DNA of 64,000 bases from Longimicrobiales bacterium (GTDB taxonomy: Bacteria; Gemmatimonadota; Gemmatimonadetes; Longimicrobiales; Gaopeijiaceae), in assembly GCA_965197725.1 (NCBI GenBank), contig CBDANQ010000056.1, positions 38,696-102,695 of the forward strand, written 5' to 3'. The first letter of the stretch is position 1. The number at the start of each line of letters is the position of its first letter. The translations under genes were made by a program, and so were the position numbers. Of this stretch, positions 62,060-64,000 are shown one piece after another. The notes under the pieces were generated by a model. It had not been told where the DNA came from, did no database searches, and was given only the letters and a program-made list of their open reading frames with translations.

Positions 62060-62970
62060 GCGAACGCACGCTGAAGCAGCTCGTCGGGGCGCTTGTCCTG
62101 GTCGTGGCCATGTGGTCGATCGCGACGCTGCTGTCGAGCGGCGGCGGTGGCGTGCCGAGCACTGCCGGAGAGATCGCGGCGGTCTTCGACGGCGTGTCGG
62201 AGGCTAGCGTGACCGAGGTTCGCATGATCGGTGCGTCCGGCGAGGTCGTGTTGGCGGGAGGCGCGGGCGCCTGGACCGTCAACGACCTCCGTGCCGACTC
62301 GGGAACGGTTACCCGATTTTGGAACGTGGTCACCGGGCTCGGCGTGGGCGACCTCGTCGCGAGCAACCCCGCTAACCACGGTCGCATGGGTGTCGCTGAC
62401 GGCAGTGCGGCGACGCTCGAAATCGACGTGGGTGGGGAGACGCGTGTGCTTGTGGTCGGGGACCAAGGCCCTCGCTTCGGCACGGCGTACGTGCGGCTGC
62501 CAAGGCAGAACGAAGTCTATGTGGCCGAAGCAGATCTGCGCTCGCATGTCCAGCGCCAATTAGCGGACTGGCAGAACAGAGTGGTGGTTCGGATCGATAC
62601 GAGCGCGGTCGCGCGGGTTGAGATCGAGCGGGACGGCGAGCCGTACGTGCTCGTGCGTGGCGACAGTCTGTGGACTTTCGAGGGAGGCGCCAAGACGAAC
62701 AGCAACACCGCGACGGGGGTGATCTCCGAGCTCGCGAACCTCATCGCCGCCGGGATCCTCGTCGAGGCCGATTCGCTCGCGCAGGCCGGGCGCGGTGGAG
62801 GGACCGTCGCGCTCGACGCGGCCGGGAACGTGCTCGTGGAGGTGACGATCGGAGCCGGCACCTCGGAGCGGTGGGTGAGGGCCTCCGGAGACGACGTGAT
62901 CTACCGGTTGGCTTCGTTCCGCATCGACCGGATCACGCCGACCAGGGAGCGGATGGAGCCGAGCTCGTAA
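62056..62970 (+). CDS. DUF4340-like membrane-anchored protein
   Basis: N-terminal TM, duplicated WTV..AD / YVR modules; usual third gene of Gld-like ABC operons. Confidence 0.7.
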   Translation: MSERTLKQLVGALVLVVAMWSIATLLSSGGGGVPSTAGEIAAVFDGVSEASVTEVRMIGASGEVVLAGGAGAWTVNDLRADSGTVTRFWNVVTGLGVGDLVASNPANHGRMGVADGSAATLEIDVGGETRVLVVGDQGPRFGTAYVRLPRQNEVYVAEADLRSHVQRQLADWQNRVVVRIDTSAVARVEIERDGEPYVLVRGDSLWTFEGGAKTNSNTATGVISELANLIAAGILVEADSLAQAGRGGGTVALDAAGNVLVEVTIGAGTSERWVRASGDDVIYRLASFRIDRITPTRERMEPSS

Positions 62971-63198
62971 TCCTCAGCCCGCCAGCTCGATGCCGAGCCA
63001 CTCGGCGGCCCGGTCACGGCTGCGTGAGTCATCACCAAGCGCTCGGGCTCGCCGAATGAAATGCTGGCTGCCGCACGCGAGGTGAAGAGCGCGATGGAGG
63101 TGCCGGATGTGTCCACGGCGACGGCAACCAGCGTATCGGGGTCGGGGACCTGGCCTCGCCGCCAGCGACAAACCTGAGGTGGAGCGACATCGAGAACG

Positions 63199-63920
63199 TC
63201 AGTCGCGGGGAACTCGGAACGGGTTCAGGAGGGACGGGAGACAGCCCGGTGCGCGCCTGCCACCGCCGGATGCGTTGTCGTCGTCCTCGGTGCCCGGCTC
63301 TTCCTCACCGAAGATGTACTGGACGTCGAGGGTCTCCCCGCAGACGGACGTGAACCTCAGCCGCACCTTGAAGCGGGCCCAGTGCGCTGCCGGCGTCGGA
63401 GGAGGCGTCGGCGACTCGTCCGACTCGATCTCGACCGATCTGGGTGCGTCGGTCTCGGGGTGACGGTCGCCGAAGCGATGGGTGAAGAGTCGCGGTTGTA
63501 GGTCCGTCAGGAGAAGCTCGTCGACCAGTCCGGGTCGCCCGTCGAGTGGTGGATTCCGCGTCCACACGCAGTCCAGGACCTCCCACGACCCCAACGCGGA
63601 TCTCAGTCCGCACTCGTGCTCGACACGGAGGCGGCAACTCACGAGCCACATGTCGCCTTGTTGGCGGTACGTAGGCTCGCCCTCCACGTGGAGCGAAGGC
63701 GTACGCTCGAGGCGCGTCTGGCCGCGGCAGCACTCCTCGTGTTCGTCGGTCCAGGGCACCCACTCGACGGGACTCGAGATGGGCTCCTCTTCGCGAGGTT
63801 CCTCCCTGTCTCTCAGGAGGTCCGCCCACAGCCGCGGGAGCAGTCTTCGGGCATCGCGTTGTCCTTGGGTTAGCCGGCGTCGAACGATACGCCGTGGGCC
63901 AGCGGCAGCTCGGTCCTGCT
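63199..63920 (-). CDS. Hypothetical Cys-containing protein, start uncertain
   Basis: ORF 63199-63759 extends upstream in frame to about 63945 without a clear start. Confidence 0.3.
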
Positions 63921-64000
63921 GAACCGGAGAGAATCTCGTGCTTCGTCACGATCGGAGCGTCCTGACCAAGCGAACGTTTCCGCGCCCGAACAGCTTCTGC

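Overview
High-GC bacterial chromosome window. Gene content and protein style suggest Gemmatimonadota, probably Longimicrobiales-like (inference, not a database result). From left to right it holds a partial Omp85 gene; a complete IS21-family element with a 6-bp target duplication; heme O synthase, PadR and a TonB-like gene; an envelope/LPS cluster headed by a PorX-like REC+PglZ protein (msbA, lpxL-like, GT2, DUF3108, heptosyltransferase, Kdo kinase); hydantoinase B; a collapsed and duplicated leuB-like gene; a degenerate PilB-like gene next to pilT; thiolase and hbd; rpsU; and a cluster of uncharacterised genes built from two recurring unknown domains. Then come ssb, crt, recF, dciA and gyrB, followed by a 25-kb accessory stretch (SorAB-like Mo enzymes, APC-EIIA-RCK permease, mmuM, ltaE, msrA, Gld-like ABC) interleaved with many abutting gene fragments. 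The window carries many lesions: about 10 single-base frameshifts (mostly +1 in short runs, one in ssb), three in-frame TAGs and many truncated remnants. This points to a mix of real genome erosion and probable sequencing or assembly error. No tRNA, rRNA or CRISPR array was seen. The best candidates for undescribed biology are the two-domain module at 31.2-34.4 kb, the PorX-like protein coupled to lipid A genes, and the ATPase-dead PilB paralog.
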